Below, in pieces: positions 25,545-38,374 of a stretch of 64,000 nucleotides of DNA (position 1 is the first letter of the stretch; each line of letters begins with the position of its first letter). The notes beneath the pieces were generated by a model, which had not been told where the DNA came from, ran no database searches, and was given only the letters and a program-made list of their open reading frames with translations. Position numbers and translations under genes: made by a program. This DNA comes from Podarcis liolepis (Eukaryota): NCBI GenBank assembly GCA_965112155.1, contig OZ218106.1. One strand, written 5' to 3'.

Positions 25545-27395
25545 ATAAGAGTTGTGTACAGTTTAAGAAGCAGGAAAATCCACCAGCCGCCCCTGAGAAT
25601 ATGATGGTGTCAATAAATTAAGAAAAAAAAGGAGTTGCCTCAGAGGACAAAGCTGACATTGCACCCACTTGATGCTGAAATGTTTATGCAATATGATCCA
25701 ATAGTCACAAAGATAGATAATCCAAAACACGGGTTTTAGACACATTCAAAGAGATTAGGGCCATTTTTTTGCAAATAGCTGCGGTTGTTAAATAGAACTG
25801 CCTTGACGTGAGGCAGCAGCTTTCTGAAGCCGATATTTAGGGATACACCAAAATGGCCACCCGTACTTTGCAAATTCAGTGATGTTTCATGGGTTGTGGT
25901 TCCTCTCCTGCAACACTTTTAGGGAGCGGAAGATAAATAAATGTGTTTATGATTGGAATATGAGCTGAAATGTTAACTGTTTTACTTAATTTGGGGCCAA
26001 ATTAAAAATGTGAGCCATTACACAGGCTGCAAGATAAGATTCTGGATTTGGACTCCCTGTGAATTAATATAAAATATAAAGTTGTCAACGATTAGCCAAT
26101 AAATGAGTAACGCTGACACTGTATCTGAAATATATGCTGATTATGTGAACTGCAGGTACTCATTTTTAAAAGGTGAACTCTCTCAGTTTGCTAATTTTGG
26201 CAGTGACAGCCTGATTAAATTATTTTTAATATTGAATAGTGGAGGTAGGCCACTGGGGAAATAATTGGCGCCAAAGTCCTATTTCTGACAAATGATGAAG
26301 AATATGCTTTGTGAAACAAATTATCCGTTCTCTTTGATTCCTTTGAATACGCTATGCATCAACAACTTGAGCCATTTTTCTTGTAGCTAAGTGACTGCTA
26401 ATCATGGATTCATGGATACTGAGGCAGCTCTGTGAAGTATCAGTGTTCTACATGGCATTAGACATCTTACAAATTACGTTTAGGGTTTTTGCTTTTTAAC
26501 TGCCAAGAAAGGGCTTCTTTTCTTTTAGATCAGCAGAGCAGGAAGGGAAAATACCCTGTGGAGAAACCTTGCAGAAGAATCACTAAAAATAAATTTTCAG
26601 CCAGAAAGCAAAGCACATGACATTTGGAAAGGAGCAGCTTATGGCTATGGGGCTGGCTGGGAATGAACAGATTTCAGGACAATATAAGCCCTGTTCTCAA
26701 TATAAAGTTTGAACTCTCCATTGCTGACTTCCACACATAGAGCTAGGAGATCTGAAGGGGGCTTCTAAATGCATTTGTCTGAACACACTTGGTAGTCTCC
26801 TCCCAATCTGGAACCCAGATAATGTACATTCAGTCAAACATGCTTTGAAGTTTCCTTCAGTGCTCAACAAAGATCGGGAGAAGATGATGGAGGCATAGTG
26901 GGCAGCACATAAAGCCATATGCCTTGGTGTTCCTTGCTCAAGCATAGTGTCTGAACATGGCTCAAGAATACAAGCAAGGGTCAGTTCAACCTTCCCCAAG
27001 CTGGTGCCCTCCAGATCTTGGGGGGGGGGACTCCCATCAGAACCAGCCAATATGGTTAATGGTCAGGGGGTGGCTGGAGGTGTAATCCAAAAACATTTGT
27101 AAGGCACCTGTTTGAGTGCATGAATGTGCACTAAAAATGATGTCTGCAGGACCCCCCCCCCCTCCCAAGATATGGTGATGACAACTATTGTATTTATTGC
27201 AATTGGTTTCAGTATTTCTGTTATGTTTCTAAGTCACTTTGGGTCATTTTTATGAGTAAAACAACTAATAAATCAATATTATTTTCTTTTTAACAACCAA
27301 AACATTCACATAATTAATAATTGTTTGACTAATTTCACATCTGCTTTCAGTCCGAAGATACTCAGTTTCAGAACTGACCAAAGCTATGGTGGTTA

Positions 27396-27760
27396 GCCAA
27401 AGAATTGATGCTTTTGAATTATGGTGCTGGAGGAGACTCTTGAGAGTCCCATGGACTGCAAGAAGATCAAATGTATCCATTCTTCAGGAAATCAGCCCTG
27501 AGTGCTCACTGGAAGGACAGATCCTGAAGCTGAGGCTCCAATACTTGAGAAGCTTCCCTGGAAAAGACCCTGATGTTGGGAAAGATGGAGGGCACAAGGA
27601 GAAGGGGACGACAGAGGACAAGATGGTTGGACAGTGTGCTCGAGGCTACAAACATGAGTCTGACCAAACTGCGGGAGGCAGTGGAAGACAGGCGTGCCTG
27701 GCGTGCTCTGGTCCATGGGGTCACGAAGAGTCGGACATGACTAAACGACTAAACAACAAA
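27396..27760 (+). mobile_element. BovB (RTE) LINE 3' end
   Basis: RIDAFELWCWRRLLRVPWTARRSN motif, ggtccatggggtcacgaagagtcggac tail, (CAA)n end, TSD ATGGTGGTTA at 27386-27395 and 27761-27770. Confidence 0.93.
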
Positions 27761-29435
27761 ATGGTGGTTAACAGACACTGATATCCCTTTTTTCATAAAA
27801 TGTATCTTGCTTTTATTCCATATAGATATTGTAAATTCCAAAGGGCGAGAAATGTTTGTGCTTTAAGGAAAGTTATAGACCAGCAATCTAGGTTAAATCT
27901 GCCTTAAAAGATAAGCAGGCATATGCAAGACATTTCAATTAATTCTCTTTAAGGGCTCTGTTCTGCAGTCTTTGTTTACACAGACACACCATAATTAATT
28001 ACAAAAATAATTGGCATTAATGTACGTGTTGCTTGGTGAAAGAGAGCAATCAGTACAGGGTTCATGTTATACAAAAAATTAGAACAAACTCCTTCAGATC
28101 TTTCAGTTAATCACTTCTATGTGGCAAATCATTGCTTATGAAGATATACATTCTATTTGATTCAATACGTTTCATTTAAAAACTTTTGGAAGGGGCAAAG
28201 ATTAATTCACATACACTGAAATTGCTCAGAGTTCCATTACATATCTTAAGGCTGAAATGCTGTACATATAGAATTAAGCCCCACTGAAGTCGATGGGACT
28301 TGTCTCTGAGTAGACATACCCAAAACATTCTGAAATTTCTAGAATGTAGTAGTTGAGCTTTCGTTAACCACTTTGTAATAATTAATTCTCACAGCAGTAA
28401 TATGTATCTTCGCTTTCCTCTCACATAGCTTTCCTAAAAATGAAGGGGGTGGTATTTAACCAAGCTTTTATTAAAATTAATATCCCTAACTTATTCATGT
28501 TCATTAATTTCACTGAACTTTACTATGAGTAAGACTTAGCTGAATACATCTGAAGTCTGTAGCCGCTATGGGGAAATCTCTACTTTTACAGCAGGCTTAC
28601 AAATCTAAGGATCTCAGACTGAATGTTTATGAAGAAGAACATGTGTGAATGTTTCAAATCTTTCCAGAAGTCCCATCTGTTACTGTTCCTGGCCTTCCTT
28701 TGATTTATTTATAGCAATAATTTTAGATTTATCAGGTTAACCTCTGGATAACCGCCTAAAACAACTCTTAAGTATGCAGCTTTTTAAAGTACTCTGTATA
28801 AAGATGCAATGGATTTAAATACTGTCATTTTCCTGATATGCCCTTTAAAATTCCTCTGCACCCCACAGACATAGGTAGGAAAACAGCTATAATTTTACAA
28901 AGAAAAAGAAAGCTCAGCCATCACCTTCATTCTTCGCAGGATGGCAAGATGCAATTTATTTTTAAAGGGGGAGACAATCTATTAATTCTCATTTAATTTT
29001 AACCTGGCATGTGTCTTAATTTACATACCAGAGCACACAGAGGAAGAAAGAATGGGGTTAGGAAAAGAGGGAAAGGGTTGCAGATAGAACAATCTATCAC
29101 AAGGTTACTTTTTTTAAAATGTCATATGTTTAACTCAAGGTATAAAGAAATTGTTTTAACTTTCTTGGAAAAGCCAAGCAAACAAGGCATAATTCAGGCC
29201 CACATTCTTATGAGAAATATAACCACTGAGTTCAGCACCACTGAGCCTATATTTACACTGCCGCTGCCTCTGAATTCAGTGCACTAAATACGACGTTGGT
29301 TACAATCCATATCTATCATGTAGCTATGTTCTTGTTTCTTACGAAATACTGCATTTTGGTGCATTTCTCCCCAAAACAGCTTCGATCTGACGGGGGGGGG
29401 GGAGAACAAGTTAGCTGCTTTTTAAGCCAGTAATG

Positions 29436-29642
29436 CAGAACGTTCCAAACTTTTCATGTTGTTGACACACTTTTTAGACATGCATCATTTCACAATGCAG
29501 TAATTCAGTTTTACTAAAAAAACCGGAGGTTAAACTAACCCCTTTCCAGCCCCACAAGGAGCACGGGGAGCATTAATGTGACACACTTACACACTGCAGC
29601 TGACACACTTACGTGTCGCAACACACAGTTTGGAAAGCTCTG
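29436..29642. mobile_element. hAT MITE
   Basis: TIRs CAGAACGTTCCAAAC / GTTTGGAAAGCTCTG; perfect 8-bp TSD CAGTAATG. Confidence 0.88.
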
Positions 29643-30239
29643 CAGTAATGTGTACATAGCTGGACTGTTATTACAAGCCACTGGAGGGCACTGAACCGAG
29701 CTGTGTCTGATTGGAGTCGGGAGTTTTCTGCTGCTGTTTTTTTCCCCAAGAGTTGATAAAATTCTTGTCTACTGACCCAAACCCTGCAATCATCACCTGA
29801 GGGGTTTTTTCATGTGCCTCCTCCAAGAGAGGTCCTGAGGGTGGCAACATAAGAACATGCCTTTTCTGTGGAGACTCCTCACTTGTGGAAGGCTCTCCCC
29901 AGGGAGATTCACCAGGTGAAAACATTTCTCTTTAACCAGGCCTTTGACTAACATTCTATGTCATTTTAAATGCGTTTTTGAGGGAGGAGTTATTAGTTTT
30001 GTTTTTATGATGTATTTTGTGTTTCCATTTTGTTTTGTTATGCCGTGAACTGCCCTATAATTTTGGGATGAAGGGCGGTACAGGCTGTGACCATTTGCAC
30101 AGGGGTTCTGCCCCTGGACCCCACACACGTCAGCAGAGCACATATAAGCATACCGTGTCCCCATTCCACTCCACCCCACACCCATTGCACCCCACATTCT
30201 GTCCCATCCCTCTGGATGGCAGGGCACAGATATAGCTCT

Positions 30240-30390
30240 TGCCAAGAAGCGGCTTAGTCATGCTGGCCACATGACCCGGAAGCTGTCTGTGGACAAACGC
30301 CGGCTCCCTCGGCCAATAAAGCGAGATGAGCGCCGCAACCCCCAAGTCGGTCACGACTGGACCTAATGGTCAGGGTCCCTTTACCTTTTA
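30240..30390 (+). mobile_element. Sauria SINE 3' fragment
   Basis: Reverse complement of the 3' half of the other copies, ending ccctttacctttt. Confidence 0.88.
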
Positions 30391-31155
30391 AGGGCATAAG
30401 GCAGCCTAGGTATGCCTCTGGTCATGCATTGGGTGCAAAGTTTTGTCGCACTTACCTTATATTCAAAGTGGTCACGGGGTGCTTGACAGTCTTCGATTCT
30501 GCAAATCAACTTTCTGGTGGTCTGCATTCTTCTCAAGTACCCATGTTTCTTGAAAACTCCTGTAATGTTCCTCGGCTAAGCTTTACAGTAAGTACAGGAA
30601 AGCAAGGAAACTGTCTGCTATATGCCTAACACCTCTTTTCTTTTTTTAGGCAAAGTGTTGTTGTTTTTTTTACTTTTAAAATAAATAGTGCAGAAAGTTT
30701 GTTGTTGTTTTTTAAGGTAGAAGAACCTCTTAAAAACAAAATCAGTGAGTTTTCATGTGCTTGATTGCTACTTTCTCTGCTTCCCACATTTAGGGAAAGC
30801 CATCAGGCGGTAACTCATTCCACAGGGTTTTCTCAGATGACTAAGCGAAGGCAGCCAGGGAGGCTGTGGAGTGCTGGTGAAATGTTTAATGGAAAGAAGA
30901 ACACATCACTCACAGAAACCTCACAAAGACAAAACAACCACAGCCCTGCATCCACTAGGGCAGGCGTTCCCTGTGGTCAGCAGTGTGATTGTGGCTTTGT
31001 TGTCAAAGGCAGGAGATGGCACATCCATCACACAGAACGTTCTTATTGATTTTTAATTGTATTTTTATTGCTTCCTTTATTTCATATATTGTATTTCATT
31101 GTATTATTTGAATTCTATGGAATTCTAGTGCTTGTCCACTAACTCAGTGTAGTTT

Positions 31156-31190
<35 letters not shown>

Positions 31191-31533
31191 CTATTTGAAA
31201 TACACCGAAGGTGGCCATGTAAACCATAGCTCCTAAATCGGGGGTGGGGGACCTGCAACAACAGGCCCTGGGGTCTCAAATTTCAGTGGTGAAGGATGTG
31301 TGGGGTGTCCCATTTGTGTAGTGGTGGTGGTAATGCTATTGGGGGGGGGGATTGCATTGTCAATGAAAGATGAATTCAATGCAGCTTTGAGAGACCAGGG
31401 TTGGGGAACATTTTTCTGTCGGGGGGGGGAGGGTAATCTGTCAGGTGTTGCATGCATGTGATAGATGACAGCAAAGTCAGAAGGGGGTCGGAGGCATCAC
31501 CCCCGTTTTCTTCTTTCTGACGTCTGGATCATT

Positions 31534-32030
31534 TCAATGCGCTCTACATGGAGTTGCCTTGAAGACAACTTGGAAACCTCCATTAGTCCAAAACGCAGCA
31601 GCCAGATTACTGGCTAGGGTTCCATTTAGAACCAATATACAGTCATACCTTGGATCCTGAACGCCTTGTGACTCTAATGTTTTGCTTCCTAAACACCACA
31701 AACCCAGAAGTGAGTGTTCTGGTTTGTGAAGGTTATCTGGAAGCCGAACATCCGGCGCGGCTTCTGATTGAGTGCAGGAAGTTCCTGCAGCCAATCGAAA
31801 GCTGCACCTTGGTTGTCGAACGTTTTCGGAAGTCGAATGGACTTCCAGAACAGGTTCTGTTCAACAACCAAGGTATGACCGTATCATCTTTTTTTAAAGC
31901 AGCTGCACAGGTTCAGGGCTCAATTCAAGGTGCTAAGGTTAGTGTTTAAAACCCTAAATGACTTAGGCCCAAAATGTCTGAAAGTCCACCTCCCTCCCTA
32001 CAGACTCTCTCAGGTGTTAAGATCATAGTT
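31534..32030 (+). mobile_element. L2 LINE 3' fragment interrupted by a Tc1/mariner MITE
   Basis: NALYM.LP.KTTWK..LVQNAAARLL motif; resumes after 31883. Other L2 pieces at ~14150-14219 and ~25265-25344. Confidence 0.75.
31640..31881. mobile_element. Tc1/mariner MITE
   Basis: TIRs CAGTCATACCTTGG / CCAAGGTATGACCG; TA TSD. Confidence 0.85.
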
Positions 32031-33042
32031 CTTATTTCAAATTTCACTGTTCTCGGGAATTAAAGAATTATAAGGAAAGATTGCATCACACAACACTTGC
32101 AACCAGAAATGTTCTTTTTAAAAATTTTCTGAACGAGCATGGGGAAAGCTTTAAAAGGCAATGCTGAGAAGCCACTGTTGCACCAAAATAAAAATAAGCT
32201 ACCCTTTCCCACCCCCCAATCCCAGTGATAAGAGTCTCATATTTTGGCAATATTAATGCAAAAGCATTTTGGCTGACAAATCTGTTACCTAATACTGTTA
32301 AATAATTTATGCATTTGGGAAATCATTTGTCCTTACAGTAAATTTGCAAAATAAAATATTAATCAAGTATATGATTCATTTTGACTCAGCTCTGACAATT
32401 TTAAAATGTATCAAATATCCCACTAAATTGTTTTGTTTCAAACAGGTTTGAATTTATTTTTTCATTTATTTTTTCATTTTTGTTAAAAAGGGAAACAAAG
32501 ATGTCTCAGCAGTTTAAACCTTGCACACGGAGGATTTTCAGACTATTTTTATCAGAAAAACGAAAATATTTTTAGAACAAGCAAGTAACAGCTTTCCCAA
32601 TCTAACACAAAACTACACAGAAAAGCAACAGACACTATACATGTAATAATGTTATTGAGGTAGACATGTAGCAAATGTATGTGTATATTGCTGACCTTGG
32701 AAGCAGAAAGAAAGCAGCCTGTTTATGATCACAAATGTTTTGACTGGATCCAAATGGCTCCTTCCCACCCTCCCCATAGCCCCATTATCCTGTTCTGCTC
32801 AGTCAGATGATTTGATTTAGAACATTACTAGAGAACCTGATACCAGATGTTCTCCCAGTTCTTTCAAATCAATATGTGTCATTCAGTTCTATCTCTTCCC
32901 TTGGTTTTCTTGCTCCTTTGACTCGCTGGTTCACACACCCGTACACTTCTTATGCCAGTTTGATCACTTGACCTGTCTTTTCACCAACAATGTATAGGCC
33001 CTTCTGTGTGTAGCTTTTCGACATTTCAGTCATAGAATCATC

Positions 33043-33292
33043 GGGATACAAGATGACCTTAACAGACTGGAGAACTGGGCAAAAACCAAACAAAATGCAT
33101 TTCAATAGGGGCAAATCTAAGCTTCTACACTTAGGTAGGAATAACCACAGGCACAAATATAAGATGGGGGACACCTAGATTGCCAGTAGTACATGTGAAA
33201 AGGATCTTGGGGTCTTAGTTGACCCCAAGCTTAATATGTGTCAATAGTGTGATGCAGCCGCAAAAAAAGCCAGTGCTATTCTAGACTGCACC
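33043..33292 (+). mobile_element. CR1 RT fragment
   Basis: IQDDLNRLENWA..MHFNRGKSKLLHLG..EKDLGVLVD motifs. Confidence 0.88.
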
Positions 33293-34210
33293 AATTATTA
33301 TTATTATAACAATACAATACAAATACCTTTATCGGCATTACAAGTTAAGACATTTCAAATCTGTGGGATAAATTTAAACGGGACAGGAGTGTGGCTGTCG
33401 AGGGTAACAAGGCACTCGATTGTTCTGCTTCACCCTGTCTATTCCCTATTGCTTAGTAAGGTTATGAACATAAGCTGTGCAATTCAGTGAGAGGAAAGGC
33501 ATAGTGAACTCCAGGCATCTGTACACTGGGAATGAGGGAAATACATGCCTAGTTTGTCTTCTGTTGACACAGGAGATGGAATACTTGCAGCCAGAATCTT
33601 CTTCCTATTCCTTAGAAACTATAAGTACAGTAGTAAATGTGCACTTAGTAACCTGAAAACCCATCCACTGAGACTCACTAGAGCCATCTTGTGAGAATGA
33701 CAGCAATTTTTCTACTTGGGTAGCTGAAGGCTCAATGAATCTCAAATAATAATTTGTGGGCAACTAAATGTTTCAACAAGTGCTGGTTTAAGAAATCTGT
33801 TGGTTGGCATCCATCTGCATCAAGAAACAATGGAGAGCACCTTTGAGGGTGAAGTCAAACTGTTGGAAGGTCACAGCACCTGATGTGGCTGCTGTATGAA
33901 ATACGTAGATAGTCTCATTGCATGATCTGTATTCAAGCATTATCACCTAAGTTTTCCCTCGACTGAATTGCTACCTGGATGCTTCCCTTTTCTTATCGGA
34001 CTTCCCTTTTCTTATCGGAATGAGACAATAAAATTCTTGCTAGCTTTCAGAATCCAAAGCCTTTTGGGACATTTGCTTTAAATAGCAGCTGGACATATTT
34101 GTGTGATAAGGGTGCATTTTTTTAAAAAAAGAAAAAGCTCACCTGACTTGTATTAATAGTATATTATTACCTGCCCTTCACCCTAAGGTCCCATTAAAAA
34201 ACAACATTAG

Positions 34211-34552
34211 GTAAAGGTAAAGGGACCCCTGACCATTAGGTCCAGTTGTGGCCGACTCTGGGGTTGCGGCGCTCATCTCGCTTTATTGGCCGAGGGAGCC
34301 GGTGTACAGCTATGTAGCCAACATGACTAAGCTGCTTCTGGCGAACCAGAGCAGCGCACGGAAACACCATTTACCTTCCCGCTGGAGAAGGTATTTATCT
34401 ACTTGCAATTTGACATGCTTTCAAACTGCTAGGTTGGCAGGAGCAGGGACCGAGCAACGGGAGCTAACCCTGTCGCGGGGGTTCAAACTGCCAACCTTCT
34501 GATCGGCAAGCCCTAGGCTCTGTGGTTTAACCCACAGCACCACCCGCGTCCC
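34211..34552 (-). mobile_element. Sauria SINE, near full length
   Basis: tRNA-like head, (ACCTTT)n tail, flanking AACATTAG duplication. Confidence 0.92.
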
Positions 34553-34802
34553 TTAACATTAGAAACACTTTAAAACAACTCACAGGCCTGATCCTGACTA
34601 TCTCCTTGCCTGCTTAGAAATATAATTTGCAGACTATGAGGAGGGAGGGAGCTAAACTCTGAAGAAGGGTGTTGCACTGCTAGCAATTCTCATTCATATC
34701 AGTGTAACATGTAGCTCATTAAATACTTAACAGGGCTCCTCTTCTAGAAATGGAGGGAACCTGGTATAATCACATGGAGCAGAATAATACAGTGCCATAA
34801 TA

Positions 34803-35126
34803 CAGTGGTTCCCAACTGGTGGTCCACAGACCCCAGGGGGTCCGTGTAACCTACCCAGGGGGTCCATGGCACATCCTTGTCATCTGTCTGGGACATCCAA
34901 AGAGAACGGTGTCTAAAAATGCACAAAATTGCAACTGGGTGTGCGTCTCGCACAAAATTGTAGCACCCCAAAAGGCACTGGGACATGTTGGAGGGTATGG
35001 TGGTAACATTCATGCAAAAATAACAAAAACCACAGAGATGTCAACATTTTCAAAAGTAGGGGGTTCATTGCTTGGCTTTTGAAAAGCAGGGGGTCCACAC
35101 AGTACTTAACTAATTGGGAACCACTG
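34803..35126. mobile_element. hAT (Charlie-like) MITE
   Basis: TIRs CAGTGGTTCCCAA / TTGGGAACCACTG; TSD CCATAATA/CCATAATG. Confidence 0.88.
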
Positions 35127-35419
35127 CCATAATGCATTTCTTAACATTTCAGTGTCCCCCAGACTACTGCTTTTTTCTTTTCTTTTCTTTTTTGCTAACA
35201 CCCGTTTACCTTTTTAACAAGGCCCCCTATCCTACCAAACAACTCCTAGGAAGCAAAGTGGGGGGAGAGGAGTGTGTGGTTTAGCAGGGCCAGGTGACAA
35301 AAAAGGGGAACTGCCCGTGGCAAGCAGGAGCTGTTGTATTATGTGTTTGATTGGGTGTGTCCTTATGTATATGTGTGTGTGTGTGTGTACACACACACAC
35401 GTGTGTATGTGCATACATC

Positions 35420-35574
35420 CAGTGCTTTTTTTCGGGGGGGGGGCGCATTTTGTGAACCTTTGTACTTTTGTCCATTTACTGTGTTTATTTCCCCCGATTT
35501 TAACTATAAAATGGTGATTTTCTTGAGTCAAAATGAGAGTGCCCCTAAACATTTTTAAGGTGGGGGAAGCACTG
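35420..35574. mobile_element. hAT-type MITE
   Basis: CAGTGCTT / AAGCACTG ends with degenerate 8-bp TSD; related copy at ~15545-15713. Confidence 0.72.
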
Positions 35575-35949
35575 CATGTATCTATATGTGCAGCTACATA
35601 CCCAGTGCCCGCTAAACAAGCTATAGCTTAGGGCACCACTCTCTTGCCCCCCCCCCCATTTTTCACTATTACAGTAATATACTTCTTCCTACCTGTATTT
35701 CAGTTCAACAATTACTTTGATGAAATACGTGTTTCGTTATGTGCAAATGGCTTTAGATACCTGTTAGGCCCATAAATTACCATATAGCATATATTCAACA
35801 CAAAAAACCAGCGACAATTTGTTGTTGACAAAGGTCAGCTGGACATATAAAGGGCCCCATTACCTTCAGCAGCTTAGGGCCTCATCAAACCTAAATCCGT
35901 CCTGTGCATACCGCATGCACTGTGGGAGGGTGAGCACACAAATATGAAG

Positions 35950-36960
35950 CGTGCATGTGCGTGGAACCGCATTTCCAGCTCTGCCTCACGAGCAAAGGCG
36001 GGCTATAGACACGCACCGTTTCTGTCACACGCGCTCACCGACACTCGCTCTCTCACGCACAACACACACACACACACACCCCGCCCCTTTTCCTTCTAGC
36101 GCCGGCACAACCCTCGCCCCCTTCCTCCTCCTCCTCCTGCAAACCCCGTGACGCCTCTCGAGACCCGCCCTGCGAGGCGGCAGAGGCGGCCGCCGAGGCA
36201 ACAGAAGAAGCGGCAGCGTGACAGACCGCCGCCGGGTCGCTAGTCGTGCCCGCCCAGCGCCCGTTGGCGGGAGCTGCCCTCTCACCAGCCTGGAGGAAGG
36301 CGCTCCCGCACCCCGCGACGAAGGGGAGGGATGGGCTCGACCGAGGAGCTGCTGCTCCCGCCGCCCGAATACGCCTTCGAGAGGGACTGGGAGCCAGCGC
36401 CATCGTTGGCGTCTCCGGGCGGGAGGGCAGTCGCCCGGCACAGGCGGAGGAGGCAGCACCGGGAGCAGCAGCAGCAGCCGCCGCCTAGGGAAGAAGAGGA
36501 AGAGGGCGAGGAGGAACAACTGCAGGTGAGCGGCTGCATCTCCGGGCGGCCAGGTGCGGGTTGTAAAACGCCTCTTCCCTCTTTTTTGAACCTCGACCAG
36601 GCAGGATCCGCCCCACCAGTTGCCCGGGAGAACGGTTGGGGCCGTTGCCTTCCGGGGGCTTCTTGCAGAAGCGTCTGGTTTAGCCGATTGTCGTTTGCAG
36701 GATCGTGCAAGAAACCACACACACACCTTTTGGGTCCGATGCAGCCCGTGGCTCTTCTTGGGTCCTGGGAGCCAAGCCTGGTGCTGGGACTGGGACGTGG
36801 TTTTGTAAGGGGTGGGGCGCCGCACCTGTGCAGCGCTGGCAAAAGCCGGACTGTGCACGCGCAAAACGCGCGCACGAGAATAAGCGGGGGGGGGGGAGCC
36901 CCCCTTCCCTCCTTGCACTGTCTATAATATCGTGCCTGTGGCGCTTGCGCTCTGAAAATA
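35950..36960. promoter_or_regulatory. CpG island / promoter and 5' UTR of FAM241A
   Basis: Sharp rise in GC and CpG content around exon 1; GC box (ccccgcccc) near 36079. Confidence 0.85.
36331..36525 (+). CDS. FAM241A: FAM241A (C4orf32) coding exon 1, 65 codons, phase 0
   Basis: ATG in good context (gggATGG) inside a CpG island; ends CAG|GTGAG donor. Splices in frame to the unambiguous exon 2. MGSTEELL resembles the human start (MCSAGELL, from memory). Confidence 0.85.
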
Positions 36961-37654
36961 AAATTTAAAAAGCGTGGCTGCTGTTGTGAAAGGAAGGAAT
37001 CCATGCTAGGGTATCTTTGCTTCCCCCCATCGGATAAGTTTGGAGGGTGGTGATCGTTAGGGAGGAAAAGAGACTGAACTTCCTGGAAGTGGGGGGGGGG
37101 TGGAGTTCTGCTAACCCCCTTGCAAGTTTTCCTGATGATGTATTGGGAAAATACACCCCACAGCTATGTTTATGTGGTTATGCAAACTTTCCACACGAGT
37201 GTGATTCCTCCCCAATTACTTGGGGGGGGGGATAAGAACCCTATATTAATTTTCCTATGCCACATCCCCATATATTTAAAGCACATAGTTTCCCCCAAAG
37301 AATCTTGGGAACTGTAGTTTGTGGCTCACAGAGCTACAATTCCCAACATGCTTAACACATCACAGTTTCCAGGATTCTTTAGGGAAAGTCATGCACTTCA
37401 GATGTATGGTGTGGCTGTGAATGTGGTGAGGCAGGTTTTGTTGACTGGGCTTTAATACTAACATGGTTTGTGATAGTTTGTGGGTCTTTCAGGTTGCTTT
37501 CCCTGAACTAGCAAAGGTGTCTGAACCCATGCACACAAATCACTCTCCTATAAACACAATCTTTGTGACTATAGAGCACTAAATAGTTAAATCCTCCATA
37601 TTTTCAAAGAATGTGTGGAGTTACAACAATCATTGAGTTTGCAAGAATGGAGTT

Positions 37655-37896
37655 AAGAAGAAGAGGAGGAGGAGTTTGGGTTTGATATCTCGCTTTATCA
37701 CTACCAGGAGGAGTCTCAAAGCGGCTAACATTCTCCTTTCCCTTCCTCCCCCACAACAAACACTCTGTGAGGTGAGTGGGGCTGAGAGACTTCAGAGAAG
37801 TGTGACTAGCCCAAGGTCACCCAGCAGCTGCACGTGGAGGAGCGGGGACACGAACCCGGCTTACCAGATTACGAGTCCACCACTCTTAACCACTAC
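37655..37896 (-). mobile_element. Squam3-like SINE
   Basis: Reverse complement of the 19509-19771 element with high identity. Confidence 0.82.
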
Positions 37897-38171
37897 GGGG
37901 TGGTAGTTTAATCTGAATTTATTGAAATGGAATAGTAGGGTGTGGTCCAGTTTTTCTGTCTCCTTTTATGCCTGCACAGGTGTACACATAGACATAGTAG
38001 TTGCAATACTGCACCCAGTGCACTGCAATTTACCCAGTCTGGAAATACCTGAAGGATCACATAGCAGTGGAATAATTATAGGCCAGTATGCTATCCTTTG
38101 TTTATGTTTAGAGACTCTAGTCACAGATGCACCTCATAGCATCATTCAGATTTCTTGGAAGAAAGGCAATA

Positions 38172-38374
38172 CAGGGGTACCTCGGGTTACATACGCTTCA
38201 CTAACCCAGAAGTTAGTGGAGTCGGGTTAAGAACTTTGCTTCAGGATGAGAACAGATATCACCTGGTGGCAGCAGGAGGTCCCATTAGCTAAAGTGGTGC
38301 TTCAGGTTAAGAACAGTTTCAGGTTAAGAACGGACCTCCGGAACAAATTAAGTACTTAACCCGAGGTACCACTG
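38172..38374. mobile_element. Tc1/mariner MITE, same family as 6502-6714
   Basis: Shared internal sequence, TIRs and TA TSD. Confidence 0.88.

Noticed and set aside
25232-25621. ORFs spanning the N run
   Set aside because: Artefacts of the assembly gap.
33982-34019. 19-bp tandem duplication (also an imperfect duplication at 40887-40958)
   Set aside because: Ordinary slippage or repair duplications with no sign of function.
36025-37004. Long antisense ORFs (297 and 240 aa) and the 198-aa read-through of FAM241A exon 1
   Set aside because: Expected from stop-codon scarcity in a CpG island; low-complexity peptides; a canonical donor at 36526 explains the real gene.
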